From positions 16,991,913 through 17,055,912 of the forward strand of contig NC_068999.1 in assembly GCF_001194135.2 (NCBI RefSeq): 64,000 nt of DNA. The letters run 5' to 3'. The notes beneath the pieces are model-generated. The model did no database searches. It was not told the origin of the DNA and was given only the letters and a program-made list of their open reading frames with translations. Below, piece after piece: positions 53,130 to 64,000 of this stretch. This stretch comes from Octopus bimaculoides (taxonomy: Eukaryota). The number at the start of each line of letters is the position of its first letter. Within the stretch, counting starts at the first letter, position 1. A program made the translations under genes and the position numbers.

Positions 53130-53280
53130 ATTTTTTGACTTGCTTCAACCATTGGACTGCGGCCATGCCAGAGCACCACCTTGAAATGTTTAGTCAAACA
53201 ATGGATCCCAATACTTATTTTAAAGCCTGGTATTTATTCTATCGATCTCTTTCTCGAACCACGAAATTAGGCATTTAAAA
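53130..53280 (-). mobile_element. Type A SINE 3' portion
   Basis: TTGACTTGCTTCAACCATTGGACTGCGGCCATGCCAGAGCACCACCTT..CCTGGTATTTATTCTATCGATCTCTTT is the rc of the type A tail. Confidence 0.8.
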
Positions 53281-53574
53281 ATAAGAAGAACGTAACCATT
53301 ATAGACAATTTGAAGACATTCGTGGTAGTGTCACAGCATGGCTATAAATAAATGACTGAAAAACATAAAATAGTTCAAGGAATTATTACTGAGGTAGATG
53401 ATTCACGATGTTCAGTCATAAATGACGAGGTGTCTTAAATAAGTTGCCAGACAGTAGTCCATCGTGTAGTTTAAGTGATGAAACTTTATAAATTTTTACT
53501 AAGCTGATATATTTAATTTGCTTTAACATTTGTTGGTGAGGTTATATCAATATTGATTTCAATATCGATTTCAA

Positions 53575-53762
53575 ATTTTGGGACAAAACCAGTAATTTCT
53601 TGGAGACGATTACATACACATCAATACTCTACTGGTACTTATTTTATCGATCCAGAGAGAGGATGAAATGCAGAAGTCAAGCTCGGCGGTATTTGAACGT
53701 AAAACCGGATGAAATGCCGCTCAGCTTTTCACTCAATGCACCAACAATTCTGCTAGCTCGCC
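53575..53762 (-). mobile_element. Type C SINE, diverged
   Basis: ACTGGTACTTATTTTATCGATCCAGAGAGAGGATGAAATGCAGAAGTCAAGCTCGGCGGTATTTGAAC..GAAATGCCGCTCAGC..AATTCTGCTAGCTCGCC. Confidence 0.8.
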
Positions 53763-53950
53763 AACGAGCTTATATCAATATTGAAAAAGGAAATACAGTT
53801 TGATAAAACACACAAAGCCCGTGACTTTTCAAATGATTTCTTCTTGAAAAGTTATATCGAAGAAGAACTAAAAAATTTTCTTCATTTATTTAAATTCTTT
53901 TTCTTCTCTAGTGGTAAATGGAGAATTTGTTAGTCTTCTTATATTTCTAG

Positions 53951-54020
53951 GCAGCAGTCTTGATAAAAGTGGATTTCTCTTGAGACAGTTGACTTCTATG
54001 AATGCAGCGATATTTACAAA
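53951..54020 (+). CDS. Candidate exon (SSLDKSGFLLRQLTSMNAAIFT)
   Basis: Acceptor TCTTCTTATATTTCTAG|, donor AAA|GTATAT; only phase 1 is open, matching the exit phase of 52936-53092. Confidence 0.22.
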
Positions 54021-56048
54021 GTATATAAATAAAAAGAAAATAATACATCAAATATTTTGTTCACTCTCTTGCAGAGATTAACTTGAGCTCAAGAAAAATC
54101 TGAATGAGGGTAATAATTATAATTGTGCAGGTTAAACTACAGATGAAGTCAAATAAAGGAATTTTATCTATGCTACATCGTAAAGAGTAATACCGATAGA
54201 TGTTATACGATACGAATTACGAGACCTTCTTAACACGCTATATTTAACTTGCCATGTCTGAAGAGAGACTAAGTCAAACACACAATATTGATTGCATAGA
54301 GATATTCAAACCCATACACAGATACAACTTACACAAACATTTATATTGACGCAGATAAGTTGTGAGTGGTTTCAAATAGAAGCAAGAATACTCAACATAG
54401 TGTAGTCTTAAGAAAAATAATTGGACAAAAACCAGGCGCCTCACGTGTTTAGAGGGCCAGTTCTGATTTATGTATGCTGTAACTTGTTATCAAGAATTAA
54501 TATACAGCCGAAGTCTTTGAGATACTCAGAGAAATATACTGCTACTGACACAACCCTGATTCAATATGGTGGTTTAGAGTGAATACGTTTTTATAATTAA
54601 TATCATAAACATACATAGTTTCTTATGATATTAGGTTTCATAGGCAAATAGAGAAAACATCTTTCAAATGACGATGAGTTGAGAGAAGGTTCTCTTTCTT
54701 CAATAACGATTTAGAATTTGTATTCGCTTTTATCTTTCATAATCAGTTGTTAATATCCGATCGTGTGTGTGCGCAACATAAAAGGTTAAATGAGAAGGCT
54801 GCCGTTTAACATGGTTATAAATAATCGCATCATGCACGTGGTTCGTATATGAATATTCATGTATATGCATGTTTATGAACATACGTATATACATACACAC
54901 ATACATACAGGTTTATATACATACATCCATATACATGTAGTTATACACACAAACACACATATATAAAGTGTATATATGTTTGTATGCATGTATGAATATA
55001 TATATANNNNNNNNNNNNNNNNNNNNNNNNNNNNNNNNNNNNNNNNNNNNNNNNNNNNNNNNNNNNNNNNNNNNNNNNNNNNNNNNNNNNNNNNNNNNNN
55101 NNNNNNNNNNNNNNNNNNNNNNNNNNNNNNNNNNNNNNNNNNNNNNNNNNNNNNNNNNNNNNNNNNNNNNNNNNNNNNNNNNNNNNNNNNNNNNNNNNNN
55201 NNNNNNNNNNNNNNNNNNNNNNNNNNNNNNNNNNNNNNNNNNNNNNNNNNNNNNNNNNNNNNNNNNNNNNNNNNNNNNNNNNNNNNNNNNNNNNNNNNNN
55301 NNNNNNNNNNNNNNNNNNNNNNNNNNNNNNNNNNNNNNNNNNNNNNNNNNNNNNNNNNNNNNNNNNNNNNNNNNNNNNNNNNNNNNNNNNNNNNNNNNNN
55401 NNNNNNNNNNNNNNNNNNNNNNNNNNNNNNNNNNNNNNNNNNNNNNNNNNNNNNNNNNNNNNNNNNNNNNNNNNNNNNNNNNNNNNNNNNNNNNNNNNNN
55501 NNNNNNNNNNNNNNNNNNNNNNNNNNNNNNNNNNNNNNNNNNNNNNNNNNNNNNNNNNNNNNNNNNNNNNNNNNNATATATATATATATATATATATATG
55601 TATACATAATATAATATAATATAATATATATATAGAGAGAGATGAATAGAAACTGAGAGAATGAAAGGGGGAGAGAATAGGGGAGAGAGAAATTAATTTA
55701 CAAGAAGTTTAATTAATTATACCAATTTGAGTAACTCTTTAGAGAAAATAAAACAAACTTTAATCGATGTATATTTTCACTGTTAAATTTTAATACAACC
55801 GACATTATACAGTAACAGCACCAAATTGGAACACTAAATACAAACAGACTTATTGACTTGCCTCAAACTACGTATTTATCAAGCCACTGATATCCGCTGC
55901 TAGTTCTTTTAGACGGAATTTATTGAATCTCAAATTGCTGATTAGTATATCTAATATCATGTTTAAAACTAAATTAGAAACTATTTCGAATTTTTTTTAT
56001 CTTGCGTAGAATTACACATCTGCTCTTGAAGGTAACGAAACGTAACTA

Positions 56049-56057
56049 AATACCGCC

Positions 56058-56100
<43 letters not shown>

Positions 56101-56385
56101 CACTACTACCACCGCCACTACTACTATTACTATTACTACTGCTGCCACTGCTAGGACTACTACGACTACTGTTGCTGTTGCTTCTACTACTACTGTTGCG
56201 GTGGATGATGCTGCTGTTGATATTGATGACGATAAGGATGATGTGATGATGATGATGATGGTGATCATGATAATGATGATGCTGGTGTTGATGATGGTGA
56301 TCATGATGATGACGAGGAGGATCCTCCAACCCTCACCTACTACTACTACTACTACCACTACTAATACTACTACTACTATTAAATA
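56049..56385. repeat. Compound (CTA)n/(GAT)n microsatellite
   Basis: Direct reading; explains the poly-V/S/H/T ORFs. A pure (GTA)n follows at about 56696-56750. Confidence 0.95.
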
Positions 56386-56461
56386 CATGGTGCTTTACAC
56401 ATTCTGATGAGAGTTGGGGCTGCACCATACACCGAGGTTTCCACCGTGTCCCCATTCGGCT

Positions 56462-56526
56462 ATTGCGTGTCCCTACTCTAACAGTGGATTAATTGCGTGT
56501 CCCTACTCTAACAGTGGATTAATTGC
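56462..56526 (+). repeat. Perfect 30-bp tandem duplication
   Basis: ATTGCGTGTCCCTACTCTAACAGTGGATTA twice plus ATTGC. Confidence 0.95.
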
Positions 56527-56695
56527 TTAATTAAAGACCTTGCAAAGCACAGAAGGCAAAGATGCTACTCTGGTCATCCTCATAGGCAACAGGTCATACG
56601 AATACGTATGACATGTTTATAGAAGGGAATCACATGGACAGATATTATAAAATATACTCACGAATAAAAACTATTCCAACGCTAGTAAGTAGGAA

Positions 56696-56750
<55 letters not shown>

Positions 56751-57161
56751 TGTTATTGTTGTTGCAGTTGTGGTTGTTGATATATCTATTAATATCGTTA
56801 AATATATTAAGCATTATTTTATTTGCTAAGCAACATCTAATTTGAGAGGAGAGGAAGAGGTTTCCAGCAGGTGGAGTGTCCGAGCAGAAAACTCTTCCCT
56901 CTGTGGTTCGAAATATAAATTTTCAAATAGTTTTGCACGACATCAGATTCGATCGAACTTAGCGAGCCTGAACTGTATCCAAGTAGCCACCATCTTGTCT
57001 GTTTATACATCAGGAATGAAACTGTCGGATGTTTATTTTATTTAAACCGGAAGAACCTGATTTTAGCAGGATTTGGCTGCTAATTCAAAAAGATCCGACA
57101 AAGAGAGAAACGAAATTGTTAAACAGCGATACAGTACCCCCCCCCCACCAAAGGAACTCAA

Positions 57162-57334
57162 TAGGAATGGCTGTGTGGTAAGTAGCTTGCTAACGAACCA
57201 CATGGTTTCCGGTTCAGCCCCACTGCGTGGCACCTTGGACGAGTGTCTTCTACTATAGCCTCGGGCTGACCAAAGCCTTGTGAATGGATTTGGTAGACGG
57301 AAACTGAAAGGAGCCCGTCGTATATATGTATATA

Positions 57335-57374
<40 letters not shown>

Positions 57375-57580
57375 TGTCTGTATTTGTTCTCCCAACATCG
57401 CTAGACAACCGATGCCGGTGTGTTTACGTCCCCGTAACTTAGTGGTTCGGCAAAAGAAGCCGATAGAATAAGTACTAGGCTTACAAAGAATAAGTCCTGG
57501 GGTCGATTTGCTCGACTAAAGGTGGTGCTCCAGCATGGCCACAGTCAAATGACTGAAACACGTAAAAGAGTAAAAGAGTA
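57162..57580 (+). mobile_element. Type A tRNA-derived SINE (CORE-like), best preserved full-length copy
   Basis: TGGCTGTGTGGTAAGTAGCTTG (A box), GGTTCAGCCC (B box), GGCACCTTGGACGAGTGTCTTCTACTATAGCC (CORE-like), internal (GT)n, tail GACTGAAACACGTAAAAGAGTAAAAGAG. Confidence 0.92.
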
Positions 57581-58445
57581 ACCTCTTTTCTCAAGTTCTC
57601 TTTTTCAGGCATTGAAATACATGATTAATATGAGCGGTGGTTTGGATTATGACTTATTCTGGGAGAGTGGGGCAGATAGTCGAAGAGATGATAGATTTCA
57701 GATCTCATACATAGATATACTTATATTAGCATCGTTAAGTAAAAATGATTCTAGTTATTATTATTATTATTATTATTTTCGATGAGTGAAACTTTTATCT
57801 GAAAGCATATTAATGCACGTGGAAGAGAAAGCATTTCTCAGATATTCTCTATTCCACGTACGGGAAATATGTAACAATTTGAAATACCAAATTCGTTATT
57901 TCAAAGATCATTACGTACATGCATCACTCAAAATCAATTGTCATTTTATGTATTTCATTATATTGATTTTATTTTTATCTGAAAATGCACTTTACTTCCT
58001 CCGTNNNNNNNNNNTCTAGCTCTCTATGTATCTATATCTATCTATCTATCGATATCTATCTATCTAGCTATCTACATCTATCTATCTATCTATCTATATG
58101 TCTGTCTATCTATTTCTCTATTTAGCTATGTATGTATGTATGTATCTATCTATCTATCTGCATCTCTCCCTCTCTTTCACTCCATCTCTCTTTCCATCCT
58201 TCTCATTCACCCTATCTATACTATCTCATTCTGCAAATTTATCTTTCTGTATTTTATACTCCCTCAATGACCTCGCAGAACTCAATTTCCTGAACTGGAA
58301 ATGCACTAAAAGACGGGATTAGCTGTCAAATAAATATATACTTGCCCTGTTATTCACCCAATATAAATTTGATGGCGTTTCACTCGCTGCTATGTATATT
58401 CACAAGGGAGAAAGAACGTTCTAAATTTATAATTTATAAATACTA

Positions 58446-58481
<36 letters not shown>

Positions 58482-59859
58482 TTGCAACTGCTGCTAACAC
58501 GACAACGACGACGGCAGTGGCAGCAGTGCTCAACAAATAAAATGATGATTAATATATTTAACGATATTAAGTCATAGCAACAACAACAACAACAACAAGA
58601 AGTATTACTACTACTGCTACTGCTGCTGCTACTACCACTACTAGCGTTAGAATAGTTGTTATTCGTGAGTATAATTTCAAATTTGAAAGTTAAAATGGCA
58701 CCAAACATTACTATGAAACCTTATTATAGAGACACACATCGGTACCTGTGCATTAAATCATATCATTCAATTTGTACATGTTAGCATACCAAACTGTCTA
58801 GTCAGGAGATTGTACACCGTTGTTGGTGATATAAATATCCGAAAAGCAAAATCCATAGGATTTGGCTTTACTTATACACTTATAAGAAATGAATGATAAC
58901 AAGTAAAACGAATAGTTAAAGAGTTACTTCGAGCAAGTAACCTTTAAAGAGGAACGGGAATGGGGTACTTTGTGTCAGGACGCATAATTCAGTAATTTGT
59001 ATATCATTAAATTTGGAAATCAATTTTGTTCATTAACAGAAAAATTTCATAAATTGAATGATTTTCTTAACAACCGAACGTTTGATCAACGCGAACTACA
59101 ACCAAAAGCTTCAGAAGATTTGTTGACAAAGGCAAAGTTTAATGAAAAGACGGCATAATTCAACACGTTTTAACCACGATTGCATGCGTTGTAGAATATG
59201 TCAATCTATATATATTCATACGCAATTTATGTGTTTACTATATCAACACTGAGAGTGGAAAAAATATTTGCAAATACAAATATTAACTACATATCCAGAA
59301 ATGTTATTCGCTATATGAAATGATAGAATTGTAGAGAGATAAGTATTAGCCAAATTAGAAATACGTGAGGAGAACGCTTTAGAGTACTCTGCCAGTGAGT
59401 AAGAGACACTGCTTTCGGAAAATCCCATTTAATAGTAATGTTACGAAGGTGTTGTGAGAAAAAAAAATCCATTTTATAAATTAAATCACTCAATTGAAGG
59501 TTTTAAGGAAGTAAAAGAAGAAATATTACTGGTAATTTCAAACCAGTTTACACGGGACACTAATATGTGAAAATGGATGTGATTGAAAAAGAGCGTTCAA
59601 TTACTTTATCATAATTCTACAAGTATTTATATATTATGACCTTGATCTGTAGAGCAATAAACGAGAGTGATGGTAACGGTTGCTTTGCAAATATTCATCT
59701 TGAGTACACACACGCACAACACACACATATACACATATACGGGTTATAGTCCAAATTCCAAATGCAATATGTGTGAATGTGTATGTGCGTGTGTATGCAT
59801 GTGTATGTGCGTGTGTATGCATGTGTGTATGCATGTGTATGTGCGTGTGTGTGTGTGGG

Positions 59860-60050
59860 GGGGTGCCTGTCGCCTTAGCAGCGCACGACCGCTGTTGGTT
59901 TGTTGATGTCTGTGAAATCTAGCTGTTCCACAAAAGTGAATGATAGAATAAGTACTAGAATTTAACAAAAGAAATACTAGTATCGATTTTTCGACAAAAT
60001 TTTTGAGGGTGATACACCAAATTAGCTGCAGGCCAATGACAGAATAAATT
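59860..60050 (+). mobile_element. Type A SINE 3' portion, diverged
   Basis: GCTGTTGGTTTGTTGATGTC..GATAGAATAAGTACTAG..TCGATTTTTCGAC after a (GT)-rich tract. Confidence 0.7.
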
Positions 60051-60959
60051 AATACACAGCAGATAAACATACACCAGCTCATATATTTGTAAGCTAAGAT
60101 TTATTAAATTGGTTGAAGTATGGTTATTTAATGCCTTCCCAGTATAGCGTTAAACAGGCATAAACATCCTATGTTTTTGCATGAAATCTGATACAGAAAG
60201 CGATTCTGATGGTCCTAATCCAGTTAGCAGTTGTGGCTACTTTTGTACTTAGTTACCTGCAGAAAATCCGTAGTATTGAAATCTGTCTAGTCCTAGATTT
60301 TGTCAAACCAGGATAATATAAGCACACATAACGACAGATGCACAACTACATGTGCGTATGTGTATACATAGCTAATATTTTAGTTATGCTTGTGATCTAT
60401 GCACATTTGATATATGCTAAAGATATTTCCAGCCTGATCCATTGAATTACTTCTCAAATATATGAGTGTCAGTTCATCTAACTCAGAGACTTCTGAACTT
60501 GTAGGTTGAGTCATTCACCTTCTCATACTTGAAACCATTCATCATGTATTACTTTAAACCTATTAATGTTTAGAACGATGAAATTGCTTCGGATCCTACA
60601 CATAGCGTCAGATAAATATGTCTTGCCACACAAATGTATCACAGGTAAATATAATCATTTTTTAAAAAATTCTACGGTGCTTAGAGATGGTTAGCAGTTG
60701 CTATTGATTTCTCTCTTAGACATTTATACTACTATGGGCAAGGAACAGCCGATTATATAGAAACCGAGCAATACACATGTATTTATTTTAACTGCTGCAT
60801 GCCATAAAGAGGAAATTAGAGTTTACATTTAATCGAAATCAAGATGTATAAGCTTACAAATATATTGGATAAAGTATTTTGTGACACAATAAGATGGTTT
60901 GTTAAGCTTTTACTTTATTAGCAGATATGTTGCGAGGAAGGTTTATTATTGCGAGGTCT

Positions 60960-61130
60960 ACAGCGTTGAGTTAGCGGAATCGTTAGTGCGTCGGTCAGAA
61001 TGATTAACAGCATATCTTCTGACTCACTGCTTTTGACTTCAAATATCGGGGCCGACGAAATAAGAACCAGTCAAATAATTGGATCGCTGCAATCGACTGG
61101 GTCCTCAAAATTGCTGGCCTTATACCGAGT
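60960..61130 (+). mobile_element. Type C SINE, diverged and internally deleted
   Basis: GAGTTAGCGGAATCGTTAGTGCGTCGG..GGGGCCGACGAAATAAGAACCAG..GCAATCGACT..AAAATTGCTGGCCTTATACC. Confidence 0.65.
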
Positions 61131-62184
61131 TCAAAAATATGTTTTATACCTTTTTTTATAATTGCTAAATGTGCGAATTTATGATAACAACCAACACACT
61201 TTTCAGGGCTTCTATTACTGCTGAGACGTATGAGATAGGTATCCTCAGTCTATATGCATGGAATCGTCAAATGTTCATGTACTGGTGCCAAAACGGGCCA
61301 TATGTTATTTCTAGCAGCCAGGAATAAGAAATATTTCTCACACGAGCTTCGAAAGAATTCTTAGCTATTAACTGCTTTGGGTTATCTCAAGCTACGACAA
61401 CCCGTCGCTTGCCCTAAAATCTTCTCAAAGGCTCGAATTCGAAGCCCCGTAGTTATGAGACTAACTACTTTACCAGTCAGTTATATCACACTGTCTTTAT
61501 TGTGTTAATATTGAATATTAATATAAAGAAATTCTTGGGTGTATAATTTATATTGGTGTGCACAGCAGAGCACGAAATAATCGTTCAAAGCAATCGACCG
61601 TGGAATGCATTCAGCTACTACTTGTTTCAATATCTTTTCCATTTGGCCAATAATGATTCCTAGCATTTACAAGGGCCACTGATTTTTAGAGAGAGCAAAA
61701 TCGATTATCTCGACCCCAGACATTGAATCATTCTTGAAAGCTTTAAGGCAAACAAGAGCCCCGTGTGGGATTTGATCCTGTAACCTAAAGAAATATAACA
61801 AAATCCCGCCAATCATATTGTATGGAACTTTACAATTTCAGTAATCGCTTAGATCAATATCTCTGCTAAATAGATGATAGTCACATTACTTCTTTTCAAC
61901 TCTAAAATATTAGATCGTTATGTTTTATGATAAAAAAACTGCGATAAATTAAATACCCATCAATACACAAATCAATAAAGAAACAAAAAAAAAATTGAAC
62001 TGCTTTTATCTAAATAAATACATTTGGGTACTTAATATTTTCTGAATAAATTATGAGTTAAAATTCCCTAGAAATGTGTAAAATATGGCAATCATTTCAG
62101 TTATCTACTTTTATCTTTTGGCTTTTGTCACGCCTCCTCAAAATCAAACTGAAACAATATCATCTATACTAGTTTTTATTCAGG

Positions 62185-62420
62185 ATGCGTCAAATTGTCA
62201 GAATAGTAAGTACATCGCATAGAATGCCTTGCGGTGTTTATTACGATGTTCTCTATCTTGAATACAAATTCCATCTTGAACGAATTTGCCTATTCTCTTC
62301 TCGGCTTCGAATGGTAGTATATATGACTAGTGCGTCAGGACAAGATGTGTTGCAGTTTCTGTCCCGATCCGAGTTCAAATTCAACCTATTTATTCAAATC
62401 CTGCTGGTAGTAATATCCAG
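62185..62420 (+). mobile_element. Two degraded type C-like SINE heads
   Basis: TGTCAGAATAGTAAG..GAATGCCTTGCGGTGTTT..TACAAATTCC and ACTAGTGCGTCAGGACAAGATG..CCGAGTTCAAATTC. Confidence 0.5.
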
Positions 62421-64000
62421 CCGCAGACCAAATATTGATTATGAATATGTGCAACCTGGAATGTGTGGACGACTGAGGCAGCCGTTCTTTACTATAGACA
62501 AACGACGATAAGGATGTAATTAGAAAGATGAAGAACAATATTACTCCCAAAGAGCTAACAGTGATATTTACTTATAATTAATTATTTATTATTAATTAAT
62601 TTTGTGTGCTATTGCTCATATATAGTTCTTTACAGTATTTAATATTATGATTCTGCTTACTGTAATCATTTGAAATCCCACGCAACCGAAATTGATTTTC
62701 AGAATTTACGAACAGGATTAAATAAAATACAATAAATATATTGGATACATTAATTCGACTGTACACTTCTTCCTGTACAGAGTTTGGCCATGTGCCTAGA
62801 TCCTGTTCACATCAAAAACAAAATCAATATTTCCTATTAACTCGTTGATAACAAGCTTTCAAATTTACAATAGTGAAATTATTTACTTCACATTAACGTA
62901 GCCACAATACCTGTCCACTTAAAATAATTTCTTTATTGGCAGCGTGATGCAAGATTAATATATTTATGTATGTGTTAGCGTTATAACTGATGATAACACT
63001 TATTGCTTTGAATGTGTTGCATTACAGGCAAGCTGATTGCCAATTAAAATAGATATAAGCTGTCATTTATATTGCCGTTCAAGTTAACTGTATGTATAAT
63101 GTAGTTTAGACTTTAAAGAAACTAACGTTGTCTATTGAATTTCCATGTTAATCTTATAATTAAAGGTTATTCGTTTAATATATACATATAAACATCTCTA
63201 TTAAGAATGCATTCATTGAAATAGTTTTCTTCAAAGTTACCAAGGGATAAAAAATACTGACTTGGTTCTAATACATTGAAATATGGTATGCATTAAACTC
63301 ACTCGAATAGCAAACATATTCAACTCTAAAAAAAAAAACAGAAAGAAACTGTGCCGATTGAACCAATAATAACTTCTTTTGGTGCACGTGACAGTTTAAA
63401 ATCTAAATGTATCATTCATCGATTTTTTTTTCTTGCAAGACTAATGTAATCAACAGAAGAAGAACAGTCAATCAAACTCAACAATGAAGATATTAATTTA
63501 ATCTCTTATATAGGACAAACTGTCTCAGAGATGCATTGGGTGGGAAGACAGTTCTGCAATGTTCAAGTATTTTCTCAAGAGAATTAGATGCATAAATGAA
63601 TTTTAAAAAATTCGAAGCTGACTGGTCGACTCAACTGATTAAGCGGTTAACTCCTTCGCTGTGACTTACTTTACAGTACAATAATATATTCGTATTATTC
63701 ATTAATTTCCCAGCTATATGTTTACAACGGTTAGCATTAGTCTTTCCATATGAACTTGAAGAATATTTTCTATAAGATATAAATAAGGAATTGCTCAATG
63801 TAAGATTCCATACGTTCTCAAATGGTCATATATTTGTGTTCAAAGATATTAATTGTTTATGGCTGAGGCATAATTCTAGTAATTTTGAGGGAAAGGATTA
63901 GCTGATACCATTAATCCTACACTAAGCAAAGGTGACTTCAATGGAATTTGAATGCAGCATCTAAAAACTGCACTTTGCAAACAAGCTAATGTAGCCCAGA

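Noticed and set aside
62184-62205. 22-bp micro-exon with strong acceptor and GTAAGT donor
   Set aside because: Overlaps a degraded type C SINE head, which explains the signals.

Overview
Eukaryotic (animal) genomic DNA: AT-rich, saturated with (TA)n/(CA)n/(TACA)n and trinucleotide microsatellites, and broken by many N gaps that mostly abut (TA)n runs. The SINE families and microsatellite load point to an octopus/coleoid cephalopod draft assembly (inference from sequence recognition, not a database result). I could not confidently identify any host protein-coding gene; most of the supplied long ORFs are microsatellite or gap artefacts. What is well supported is mobile-element debris: four types of tRNA-derived SINE (many copies, one nested in another), RT relics of three LINE clades (CR1/jockey-like, RTE, R4/Dong-like), a Penelope-like GIY-YIG relic with a decayed hammerhead-ribozyme core, a near full-length decayed mariner transposase and mariner-type MITEs. 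The most notable unexplained structures are a ~450 bp fold-back element (13.0-13.5 kb), a diverged ~240 bp inverted pair (45.6-46.3 kb), an element sitting inside a (TAT)n tract (31.9-32.3 kb) and several orphan exon candidates. No CRISPR array, rRNA or genuine tRNA gene was seen, and I cannot claim a new biological system from sequence alone.
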